The translations under genes were made by a program, and so were the position numbers. The notes under the pieces were generated by a model that worked only from the letters and a program-made list of their open reading frames with translations, was not told the origin of the DNA and searched no databases. A DNA stretch of 64,000 bases from an uncultured delta proteobacterium (GTDB lineage Bacteria; Desulfobacterota; Desulfobacteria; Desulfobacterales; JAHEIW01), in assembly GCA_963706575.1 (NCBI GenBank), contig CAVPNL010000008.1, positions 160,001-224,000 on the forward strand, in the 5' to 3' direction. This document shows positions 18,068 to 27,067 of this stretch, one piece after another (the first letter of the stretch is position 1; each line of letters starts with the position of its first letter).

Positions 18068-19963
18068 ATGTTAAGTTTAATGCGGAAACATGCCGGCACC
18101 TGGATGATCAAGATTATTTTAGGTGCCATTGTCGTTGTATTTGTGTTTTGGGGAGTTGGAAGTTACACATCCCGCAGATCTGGCAGGGTTGCCGATGTAA
18201 ACGGGACCATCATTACGTTAGGTGATTACCGCAACTCTTACACCAACCTTGTTGAACAGGTGCGGCAGTCATTCGGCAATAATTTGAATGACGAATTGAT
18301 TCAGGCATTGCAGCTGCGAAAGCGCGCTTTGGACCAGCTTGTTGATAGAGCCCTGATGCTTCAGGAGGCCGAAAAGTTAAAAATCCAGGTATCGGATGAG
18401 GAGCTTGCCGAAACGATTAGAAACATCCGTGCCTTTCAGACAGCCGGATTGTTCGACAACCAGCGTTATCTGAATGCGTTAAGTCGCACACAGCTTACGC
18501 CTGAAACCTTTGAGGAACAGCAGCGCGAGGCACTGATCATTGACAAACTTCAATACTTTATTACCGGCAACATTAAGGTATCGGAGCTGGAAGCCCGGCA
18601 ATGGTATAAATACAATAATACCCAAGTCGACCTGGATTATGTTCTGCTGGAACCCGGGCAATTTAAGAACATTGAACCCACAGCGGATGAGATTCTGGAT
18701 TATTTTGATCAGCATAAACAAACCTATAAAACCGATCCTGAAATTAAAGTTCGTTACCTGCATTTAAAACCAGAGGACTTTACAGCCAAGGTAACGGCTG
18801 CCGAAGATGATATCCAAGATTATTATGAAAACAATCTGGAAAAATTCAAAAATCCGAAAACAGTCCAAGCACGGCATATTCTGATAAAAGTCGATCAGAA
18901 CGCCAAGCCGCAAGAAGTTGAAAGCGCACGCCAAAAAGCCGAAGATGTTCTTAAACTGGCAAGGGCAGGTCAGGATTTCGCAGCGCTTGCCCGGCAATAC
19001 TCAGAGGGCCCGACAAAAACCAAAGGGGGGGATCTGGGGACTTTCCGCAGGGAAGCGATGGTCAAACCTTTTGCGGACAAGGCTTTTTCGATGAAAGCCG
19101 ATGATATCAGCGACCCGGTTCGCACCCGTTTCGGCTGGCATATTATCAAGGTTGAAAAAATAAATCCCGCAAAAACCCTTTCATTGGATGAGGCGCGAGA
19201 AGACATTGAAAAAACGCTGAGAACAGAGCGATCCAAAAATCTGGCCTATGATGAAGCCGAAAGTGTCTATGAAGCCACGTTTGAGGGCCAAAAGCTGGTC
19301 GATATTGCTCAAGAGCGTAATTTGAAACTTCTGACGACGAAACTTTTTCCTCAAAAAAGTCCCCCTCAAAAAATCAAAGATGCCGCCCGGTTTGCAACGG
19401 TTGCTTTTAGCCTGCCGGTTGACGAAGTCAGTGATGTTCAGGAATTTGGTGATGGCTATTATTTGATTGAAGTTATTGAAAAGGTGCCGTCTAAAATTCC
19501 GGAGCTCAAGGCCGTAGAAGACAGTATTAGAAAAGATGTCATCAAAGAAAAGCAGGATGCCAAAGCGCTTAGCGAAGCCAATCGGTTTTTGGCGGAGCTT
19601 AAGACCGGGCATCCTTTTGACACCGTCAGCCAAAAGTTCAAGTTAGTACCAAAAAAAACGGGCTTTTTCAAACGTAACGATTCCATACCCACGATCGGCC
19701 AAGAGGCCGAAATTGCACGCACTGCTTTTAATCTATCTGATCATGATCAGCTACCCGGCGAACCCCTAAAAGGTCAAAAAGGCTATTATGTGATCAGCTT
19801 CCGCGACCGGCAGGAACCAGAATTAGACGGATTTGAAAAGGAAAAGGCAGCCCTCAAGGATCGGTTGCTGCAACAAAAGACGTTTAAAACCATGGATGCC
19901 TGGTTGAAGCGCATAAAGAGTGAAAGCCAGATTTCCATCGAAGAAGGTTTCTGGCAAAGTTAG
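18068..19963 (+). CDS. ppiD: PpiD-like SurA-N/parvulin periplasmic chaperone
   Basis: N-terminal TM anchor (IVVVFVFWG), ARHILIK, FAALARQYSE, GGDLG, FGWHIIKVE. Confidence 0.85.
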   Translation: MLSLMRKHAGTWMIKIILGAIVVVFVFWGVGSYTSRRSGRVADVNGTIITLGDYRNSYTNLVEQVRQSFGNNLNDELIQALQLRKRALDQLVDRALMLQEAEKLKIQVSDEELAETIRNIRAFQTAGLFDNQRYLNALSRTQLTPETFEEQQREALIIDKLQYFITGNIKVSELEARQWYKYNNTQVDLDYVLLEPGQFKNIEPTADEILDYFDQHKQTYKTDPEIKVRYLHLKPEDFTAKVTAAEDDIQDYYENNLEKFKNPKTVQARHILIKVDQNAKPQEVESARQKAEDVLKLARAGQDFAALARQYSEGPTKTKGGDLGTFRREAMVKPFADKAFSMKADDISDPVRTRFGWHIIKVEKINPAKTLSLDEAREDIEKTLRTERSKNLAYDEAESVYEATFEGQKLVDIAQERNLKLLTTKLFPQKSPPQKIKDAARFATVAFSLPVDEVSDVQEFGDGYYLIEVIEKVPSKIPELKAVEDSIRKDVIKEKQDAKALSEANRFLAELKTGHPFDTVSQKFKLVPKKTGFFKRNDSIPTIGQEAEIARTAFNLSDHDQLPGEPLKGQKGYYVISFRDRQEPELDGFEKEKAALKDRLLQQKTFKTMDAWLKRIKSESQISIEEGFWQS

Positions 19964-20023
19964 CCGATCAACAGGTCCTTGACGGTACACCACTTCTAAG
20001 CAGTTAATGAAAGGAGATGGAAG

Positions 20024-20266
20024 ATGTCCAAAGGTGATTATCGGCCTGGCTCTGGCAGTTACGGTTTTGTGACTAAAAAATGCCCCGAGTGTTATACCCA
20101 TCTACCGCTGCAAACGCGTAAATGCCCATCCTGTAAAACCAAACTTGGCAATGTAGACAAGCTCGGCTTTGCCACCCGGCCGTTCGACTGGTCGGGTTAT
20201 CTCATAGCGATTGTTGCTATTGTGGGATTTTGTTGGTTTGTATGGTGGGGATTTATTAAAGACTAA
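20024..20266 (+). CDS. Small zinc-ribbon membrane protein
   Basis: CPEC...CPSC plus a C-terminal TM helix; GGAG SD. Confidence 0.7.
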   Translation: MSKGDYRPGSGSYGFVTKKCPECYTHLPLQTRKCPSCKTKLGNVDKLGFATRPFDWSGYLIAIVAIVGFCWFVWWGFIKD

Positions 20267-20358
20267 CGCCGGGGCAATTATCAGCGCCGAACTATTTGAC
20301 CGGCAGGATTGATCAAGACCGCACCTTTTACTTTTCTCTTCTCATCTCGAAATCTACT

Positions 20359-22311
20359 TCAGCGATACTCAAATTGTTTTTCAAGGATATCATCGGGCAT
20401 GTTGTCAAGGTAGCGTGACGGCCGGTTCAATATCAAACCGGTACTGCGATCATATACATCGCCCGGATAGGTGAAAAACAGGTTCTCTTTGGCCCGGGTG
20501 GCGGCCACATACATCAGCCTAAGTTCTTCTTCAAGCTCTTCTTCCTTATGCAAGCTATGCACCGAGGGGAATCTGCCGTCCAGGGTCCAAATGACAAATA
20601 CGCTGTGCCACTCCAGACCCTTGGCGGAATGGATCGTCGATAGAATCAGGCGATCCAAATTTGAAGCGCCGGCATACAGTGAGTTTTCATAACTGGTATT
20701 CGGCGGTTCAAGGGCCATATCGGTCAGAAATTGGTCAAGGCTTTTGTAGCGCACCATTATTTCTGTCAGATGCTCTAAATCCTTGGCCCGGCGAGGGTGG
20801 TCGTCATAGCGATTTTTTAAAATCGGCATGTAATAATCAATAATGGTTTCTCCCATTTCAGAAATACTCATCGGATGTGTATCCAGGGTTGAGATAAGCT
20901 TTTTGAGACGTTCAAGCCCCTTGATCCGACCGATTTTTGCCGAAAGCAGACCGGTATAACCTGATTGTTCATTGAGGGTCGCCTCAAAAATTCTTTGGGC
21001 GGTTTTAGGCCCAACCTTTTCGATGAGAAGTAAAATTCGGTACCAGCTGATGCGGTCGTAAGCATTGGCAATCACCCGCATGTGAGCGAGGACATCCTTG
21101 ATATGAGCCGATTCGATAAATTTAAATCCCCCCATCTTCACAAATTCGATGCCCTCCCGGCTAAGCTCGATCTCGAGGTCAAACGAATGGAAGCTGGCGC
21201 GAAACAGAACCGCGATTTCATTTAAGGCGACGCCCTGTTGCTGCAGATCTTTAATCTGATCAACCACAAATCTGGATTGGCTGTATTCATCGTCGGCATT
21301 AACGATTACCGGTATCGCTCCACCCCTCCGTCGGGTAAACAGATTTTTAGTGAATTTTTCTTTGGCGCGTTCGATGATGGCGTTGGTCAGGGTCAATATC
21401 GGCTGGATGCTGCGGTAATTTTCTTCCAGGTAAACGATTCGAGTTTCTGGAAACATTTTCGGAAAGTCGATAATATTTCTAAAATTGGCTCCCCGGAAGG
21501 CGTAAATACTCTGGGCATCATCACCGACAACCATGATATTTCTGTTCACCTGGGTCAATAGGTATAATATTTCGGCTTGAATGGTATTGGTGTCCTGGTA
21601 TTCGTCCACCATGATATACTGATAGCTAGCGGAAATGCGGTCACGCGCTGCGGGATAATCGGCTAAAAGACGACGCAAATAAATCAGCAGATCGTCGTAA
21701 TCTAAAAAATGGTGCTCCTGCTTGCGGATTTCGAAAGTCTGTTGAAGACGACTGATGATTTCGAGGTGAGGTTCGAAATGCGGGTAGTCGTTGGCAATGA
21801 TCTCCTCGAGTGAGCGAGCTTTATTGACCGCCCGGCTGAAAATGTTCGCCAGCGTCTTCTTTCTTGGAAACGATCGTTGTTGGGTTGCCGGCTGAAATTC
21901 TTTTCGCAGAAGGCCGATCAAGTTTTCCGAATCGGTGCGATCCAGGATTCCAAAGGCGGGATCCAAACCCATGTGGGAAGCATATCTGCGCAGCATCATA
22001 TTGGCAAAGGAATGGAACGTTCCGCCCGAAATTTTTTCGCAACGTTCATCCAGCAGTTGCGCGGCCCTGCGAAGCATTTCCTGTGAGGCTTTACGCGTAA
22101 AGGTCAAAAGAAGAATAGCGGTTGGAGATATGCCTTTTTCTACAAGGTAGGCTGCCCGGTAGGTCAGGGCCCTTGTTTTTCCACTTCCGGCTCCGGCGAT
22201 AACCAGCAGCGGTCCCTCCGTATGCGTGACCGCCTCGAGCTGAGAAAGATTCAAGGCGGTTTCATAGCGAATCCGGAAGTCTTCATGGTTTATCTTCATT
22301 GTCTTCTCCAA
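20359..22311 (-). CDS. UvrD/PcrA family ATP-dependent DNA helicase
   Basis: AGAGSGKT, LTFT, DEYQDTN, VGDDAQSIYAFRGA, NYRS, STIHSAKGLEW, RLMYVAATRA. Confidence 0.93.
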   Translation of the reverse strand: MEKTMKINHEDFRIRYETALNLSQLEAVTHTEGPLLVIAGAGSGKTRALTYRAAYLVEKGISPTAILLLTFTRKASQEMLRRAAQLLDERCEKISGGTFHSFANMMLRRYASHMGLDPAFGILDRTDSENLIGLLRKEFQPATQQRSFPRKKTLANIFSRAVNKARSLEEIIANDYPHFEPHLEIISRLQQTFEIRKQEHHFLDYDDLLIYLRRLLADYPAARDRISASYQYIMVDEYQDTNTIQAEILYLLTQVNRNIMVVGDDAQSIYAFRGANFRNIIDFPKMFPETRIVYLEENYRSIQPILTLTNAIIERAKEKFTKNLFTRRRGGAIPVIVNADDEYSQSRFVVDQIKDLQQQGVALNEIAVLFRASFHSFDLEIELSREGIEFVKMGGFKFIESAHIKDVLAHMRVIANAYDRISWYRILLLIEKVGPKTAQRIFEATLNEQSGYTGLLSAKIGRIKGLERLKKLISTLDTHPMSISEMGETIIDYYMPILKNRYDDHPRRAKDLEHLTEIMVRYKSLDQFLTDMALEPPNTSYENSLYAGASNLDRLILSTIHSAKGLEWHSVFVIWTLDGRFPSVHSLHKEEELEEELRLMYVAATRAKENLFFTYPGDVYDRSTGLILNRPSRYLDNMPDDILEKQFEYR

Positions 22312-22393
22312 TATTGACTTTTATAGATGCTGTCTTACTCTTCACTTAGTTGGATGACAAGAATAAATTATGTTTACAGGGAGGGTAAATAGA

Positions 22394-22753
22394 ATGAAGA
22401 GTATAAAAACTCAACTGAAAACCATCTCCAAATCGCTTGCTAGTCTTTCAAAGCAGGTGGATGGAATTACCAAAAAGGTAGACAAACTTCAACCCGCAAA
22501 AAAGGCGGCGCCCGCCAAGCGTAAGAAAACGGTTCGTAAAGCCGCTGTTCGCAAAAAAGCGGCACCGGCCAGAGGTCAAACGGTGCTCGATAAGGTTTAT
22601 GCTGTGATCAAACGCAGCAAAAAAGGGGCGACGATTGCCACCTTGAAAACCAAAACGGGCCTTGACTCCCGGCAGCTCAGCAATGCGCTGTATAAGCTTT
22701 CTAAAAAACACCTGGTGCATGCCAAATCCCGCGGCCTCTATGCCAAAAAATAA
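22394..22753 (+). CDS. Basic histone-like protein with a predicted C-terminal winged helix
   Basis: Coiled-coil N-terminus, KKAAPAKRKK linker, TIATLKTKTGLDSRQLSNALYKL...RGLY; GGAGG SD before the ATG at 22394. Confidence 0.7.
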   Translation: MKSIKTQLKTISKSLASLSKQVDGITKKVDKLQPAKKAAPAKRKKTVRKAAVRKKAAPARGQTVLDKVYAVIKRSKKGATIATLKTKTGLDSRQLSNALYKLSKKHLVHAKSRGLYAKK

Positions 22754-22780
22754 TTCATCGGTGGGATTGGTTTAGTTCAT

Positions 22781-22912
22781 TAGAACCATCTCAAAAATGT
22801 GGATCAGGGTTCATGGCAAGGCGCGGGTCGGCGAAAAAGTCGTTGTTCCCAGCATACACGTTAGTATGTGAGCATTTTGAGCCGAGCCGCAACACCGTCA
22901 TGAGCACTAAGC
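22781..22912. mobile_element. MITE-like hairpin element (copy B, right end missing)
   Basis: TAGAACCATCTCAAAAATGT left end as in copy A; core GGCAAGGCG...CAGCATAC-loop-GTATGTGAGCATTTT...GCAAC as in copies C and D. Confidence 0.7.
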
Positions 22913-22933
22913 ACCAGATACCATCCATTTAAC

Positions 22934-22991
22934 AAAATAGCCTTCCGTATACCGACCTTCCCATTGGGTATCGGTAACGGAAGGCTATTTT
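22934..22991. terminator. Long hairpin, probably a bidirectional terminator
   Basis: AAAATAGCCTTCCGT-ATACCGA...TCGGTA-ACGGAAGGCTATTTT. Confidence 0.6.
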
Positions 22992-23181
22992 ATTTTAGAT
23001 CAACGAAACTGCCATGGCTGTAACACGAGTCATCTTTCCTCAAGCTAGATTGCCATTTCATTATGTTGCATAACCATCTGAAATAAAATAAGATTTTTTA
23101 CCTATTGCTTCATTCGGCTACTTTTGATAATAGCATATCTTACTTTTTTCCAAAATTTGTAATCTGGTTCCTTTGGACCAA

Positions 23182-23434
23182 GTCAGAGATCATGGGCTTT
23201 GCCGTAATCAAATGCCATGGGGTATTGGAAAATTGGAATGTTGGAATAATGGGTTAGGCGGAAATGAGATCTAATTTATATCGACGGCTTGGTCAAAAGT
23301 AAAAATCATGACCTCATCCGCATCTCAAACCCAATATTCCATTTTTCCACTATTCCATCATTCCATGATTTACAGAACGGCAAATGCCAATCCTCACAAG
23401 GTGAGATAAAATCCTGACTCTTTCAGCCAGGATT
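23182..23434 (+). repeat. ~255-bp element with octamer palindromic arms (copy 2)
   Basis: Homologous to 12901-13153, sharing CGTAATC.AATGCC.TGGGGTA, TCATCCG and CCCAATATTCCATTTTTCCAC. Confidence 0.75.
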
Positions 23435-23456
23435 GATTATTGAGAAAGGATTCATC

Positions 23457-24842
23457 ATGAGTTCAAAAGAGATCGCTTCAGATCTCTCGGTGATAGATCG
23501 ATTGTGGAAACTGTTTGCATCCGTTAAATTAACCATCATCCTTCTGCTGACCCTGGCGGCGACCTCCATTATTGGTACGCTTATTCCTCAAAATGAGGCA
23601 CCGATGGCCTACTTTGAAACCTTCGGTGCATTTTTGTTCCGGATCTTTTCGCTGCTGGGGTTTTTCGACATGTACCATTCCTGGTGGTTTCGGGCGTTGA
23701 TTCTTTTGCTGGTGGTTAACATTGTGGTTTGTTCGATTGACCGGCTGCAGGCCACCTGGAAAATTATCTTTGTTCGCCATCCAAGATTTAACCGGGGGCG
23801 CTATACCCAGCTTAAAAACAGGGTCGAATACGATCATGACGCTGAAGTCGGAAAGCTTAAAGCGTTCTATCAGCCAGTTGTTGCCCGCCGGTTTCGCTAC
23901 TATCGGATTGAGGAAACCGCTGAAGGCTTTGCCATATACGGCGAACGCGGGCGCTGGACGCGGCTGGGGGTCTATGTCGTTCATTTCAGCGTGGTACTTT
24001 TGTTAATCGGTGGGCTGATCGGATCTATTTTTGGCTTTGATGGCTTTGTCAACATAGCGGAAGGTGAAAGCGCCCAATCCATTCAACTCAGAAATAGCAA
24101 TCAAAAACTGCAGCTGGGTTTTGAAGTGCGCTGCGATGATTTTAGCGTCGATTTTTATGATACCGGTGCTCCCAAAGAATTTCGCTCCAGTTTAACCATC
24201 CTCAAACAGGGAAAGGCGGTGGTGCAAAGAGACATCATCGTCAATGACCCTTTACGCTATGAAGGCATCAGCTTTTTCCAGGCCAGTTACGGGAACCTGA
24301 CCCCCAATGAGGTTATCCTAAACTTTACCAGCAAGGCCACCGGAATGCTTTACAGCAAAAAGGCCGGTTTGAATATCCCCATTGTGATTCCTGAAGATTT
24401 GGGTACCTTCGTGCTGCAAAAACATACCGGCCAGGCCAATTTTCGGGGGCATAATATCGGCGAAGCATTTATCGGTGTTTTAACGCCCCCCAACGGCAGC
24501 CCGGTCGAGATCACGCTGCCGTTGAAGTTCCCGAGTTTTGATCGGATGCGTAAAGGCAATGTGTTTATAGCGGTCGCCGATTTTGTACCGCGTTATTACA
24601 CGGGGCTTCAGGTGAGTCGGGATCCCGGCGTCTGGGTGGTCTATGTGGGATTTATTCTGATGATCATTGGCATTTACATTACTTTTTTTATGTCCCATCA
24701 ACAGGTCTGTGTCGATGTCGCCAGTCAGGGCAAAAAGAGCCGAACACTGGTTGCTGGGACTTCAAATAAAAATAAACTGGGGATGCAAAAGAAAGTCACA
24801 AAACTATCCGAGCACCTGGCCGGCTTAACCACCGATGATTAG
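23457..24842 (+). CDS. resB: Cytochrome c biogenesis system II protein ResB
   Basis: ASVKL...IGTLIPQ, YHSWWF, CSIDR, VVH, VNDPL, TGLQVSRDPG. Confidence 0.88.
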   Translation: MSSKEIASDLSVIDRLWKLFASVKLTIILLLTLAATSIIGTLIPQNEAPMAYFETFGAFLFRIFSLLGFFDMYHSWWFRALILLLVVNIVVCSIDRLQATWKIIFVRHPRFNRGRYTQLKNRVEYDHDAEVGKLKAFYQPVVARRFRYYRIEETAEGFAIYGERGRWTRLGVYVVHFSVVLLLIGGLIGSIFGFDGFVNIAEGESAQSIQLRNSNQKLQLGFEVRCDDFSVDFYDTGAPKEFRSSLTILKQGKAVVQRDIIVNDPLRYEGISFFQASYGNLTPNEVILNFTSKATGMLYSKKAGLNIPIVIPEDLGTFVLQKHTGQANFRGHNIGEAFIGVLTPPNGSPVEITLPLKFPSFDRMRKGNVFIAVADFVPRYYTGLQVSRDPGVWVVYVGFILMIIGIYITFFMSHQQVCVDVASQGKKSRTLVAGTSNKNKLGMQKKVTKLSEHLAGLTTDD

Positions 24843-24906
24843 CACCCCGTGTATTTCGGCGTTCAATGAAGATTTTGTTACAATTTCAGTAAAATAGAGG
24901 TAAACG

Positions 24907-25923
24907 ATGAACAGCTCTCTTATCTTATCCATCGTGACGTTTGTGTACGGCTTGTCCGGTTTTTTGTACATTTTTGCCTGGGTGTTTAAAAAACCGGCCG
25001 CCGGCCAGCTGGCAACCTGGATTGCTTTGATCGGATGGGTCGGCAACACCGCCGGTATTTTAATGCGATGGGTCGAATCCTATCAATTGGGTATCGGGCA
25101 TGCGCCATTTTCCAACTTATACGAATCGCTGGTCTTTTTTGCCTGGACCATCGCCGTGATTTACCTGATTATCGAGCGCAAGGCCGACAATCGCATTATC
25201 GGTGCTTTTATGATGCCGATTGCATTTCTGGCAATGGCCTATGCTTCATTGAGAACCGGCATCACCAACGAAATCCAACCCCTTATCCCCGCCTTAAAGA
25301 GCAACTGGCTGATAGCGCACGTCATCACCTGCTTTATTGGATATGCGGCGTTTGCCACGGCTTTCGGCATCAGCGCCATGTATCTGATGAAACAGGGGCG
25401 GGACCAGGAACAGGTCGGCTGGCTGGACGTTGCCAGGCCGCTGACATTGTTCATCTTTGTGTTGCTGTTTAGCCGGGTGCTGCTGGCGGGAAACTGGGCC
25501 ATGTCGCTTATCATTGCGCTGCCGATTTGCCTTGTTTTTTACATCGGCGTTTTTCTGGCTCGCCGCTTGCCCGAAGATTTCAAAAACCGAATGCTGACCA
25601 TGTTTCCGGAGCCCGCGATATTGGATGAACTCGGCTACCAAATGACGCTGTTCGGTTTCCTGTTTTTGTCCATTGGCATCATCAGCGGTGCAGTCTGGGC
25701 CAATTCCGCCTGGGGTCGGTATTGGGGATGGGACCCCAAAGAGACCTGGTCTTTGATCACCTGGTTTATTTACGCAACCTTGCTGCATGCGCGGATGATG
25801 CATGGCTGGCGCGGCAAGCGCATTGCCTATCTTTCCCTTGTGGGATTTGCCGCGGTTCTATTTACCTATTTCGGCGTCAATCTGTTGCCCGGCCTGCACA
25901 GTTACGGGGCCCTGGGCCAATGA
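24907..25923 (+). CDS. ccsA: Cytochrome c biogenesis system II heme-handling protein CcsA/ResC
   Basis: GHAPFSNLYES, PALKSNWLIAHV, WWD domain WGRYWGWDPKETW, GLHSY. Confidence 0.92.
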   Translation: MNSSLILSIVTFVYGLSGFLYIFAWVFKKPAAGQLATWIALIGWVGNTAGILMRWVESYQLGIGHAPFSNLYESLVFFAWTIAVIYLIIERKADNRIIGAFMMPIAFLAMAYASLRTGITNEIQPLIPALKSNWLIAHVITCFIGYAAFATAFGISAMYLMKQGRDQEQVGWLDVARPLTLFIFVLLFSRVLLAGNWAMSLIIALPICLVFYIGVFLARRLPEDFKNRMLTMFPEPAILDELGYQMTLFGFLFLSIGIISGAVWANSAWGRYWGWDPKETWSLITWFIYATLLHARMMHGWRGKRIAYLSLVGFAAVLFTYFGVNLLPGLHSYGALGQ

Positions 25924-26119
25924 TTTTTGCTTGACAAAAACCAAATCGATAGGGTACACAACCGCAGACCTATTTCCCATCCTGCCAAATTCGCAGAATA
26001 ATTTTAATATATTGAAAATATTATGTTTTTTGTTTCGCATTTAAGGATTTTCTTTAAGTGCTTCAATCAAGAGGGTTCGGGCGAGCAAATAATATCAACT
26101 TGAATTGATCGGAGTTTCC

Positions 26120-26836
26120 ATGAGTACGGATGAGAAAACCAATGCGGCTTCAGCCAAGACCGCGGATCAGGAACCGATGACCCCTTCCTCTGAAACAGAC
26201 GAATCCGGCCATGGCGCTGAAGGCGGCGCCGGCGGACCGATTATTCTGTTTTTCATTCTCGGGTTGATTGCCAGTCTCATTGTTGGATGGGTAATTTTCC
26301 CTAAGCTTCTTTACTCCCAGAAAAAGCAACCCGTTGACTTCAACCATGCCCTGCACAATGAAGAGGTTGAAGATGGCTGTGAAAGCTGCCATTTTCTCAG
26401 GGAAGACGGCACGTATTCCGGGGTCCCCAAACTGGCCCAGTGCATTGATTGTCATGAAGAGGTCAACGGAGAGGATCCTGAGGAAGCAAAATTCGTAAAC
26501 GAATATGTTGCCAAGGAGCGGGAGGTTCCCTGGCTGATCTATTCGCGCCAGCCACAAAACGTATTTTTTTCACATGCCGCCCATGTGAAAATGGCGCAAA
26601 TGGACTGTGTCACCTGCCACGGGCATATCGGCGAATCAGAGAGCTTAAGGGTTTATCAGGAAAACCGTATTTCCGGTTACAGCATAGATATCTGGGGCAA
26701 AAATATCGCCGGTATTAAACGCAATTCCTGGGACCGCATGAAAATGGATGACTGCTCCGAGTGCCATGTGAGAGAAAACGTCAACCAAAACAGCGTGCAG
26801 ACCCTGCGGGGCGGCTGTTTTGTCTGCCACAAATAG
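26120..26836 (+). CDS. qrcA: Menaquinone reductase Qrc multiheme cytochrome c subunit
   Basis: TM anchor and five CxxCH motifs (CESCH, CIDCH, CVTCH, CSECH, CFVCH), QPVDFNH, MKMDDC; first gene of a qrc-type operon. Confidence 0.88.
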   Translation: MSTDEKTNAASAKTADQEPMTPSSETDESGHGAEGGAGGPIILFFILGLIASLIVGWVIFPKLLYSQKKQPVDFNHALHNEEVEDGCESCHFLREDGTYSGVPKLAQCIDCHEEVNGEDPEEAKFVNEYVAKEREVPWLIYSRQPQNVFFSHAAHVKMAQMDCVTCHGHIGESESLRVYQENRISGYSIDIWGKNIAGIKRNSWDRMKMDDCSECHVRENVNQNSVQTLRGGCFVCHK

Positions 26837-26840
26837 GCAA

Positions 26841-26989
26841 TTAGAAGTGGTTTCAAAACCTCAGATCAGGTTCAAGGGCAAGGCGTCAGGCCGATCGGGA
26901 AAGCGCAGCATACATGGGTATGTGAGCAATTACCGGAGGTCTGCAACGCAGCCATTGGGCCTGAGATGGGGCTTTGAAACCACTTCTAA
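26841..26989. mobile_element. MITE-like hairpin element (copy C) between qrcA and qrcB
   Basis: TIRs TTAGAAGTGGTTTCAAA / TTTGAAACCACTTCTAA and the conserved core. Confidence 0.8.
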
Positions 26990-27067
26990 AAACCGACACC
27001 GTAATCGGATCTGTTGAAACTGGTTTTCTCAACTGTTAAATGTGCTTACCTTTACGGGGAAAAATAA

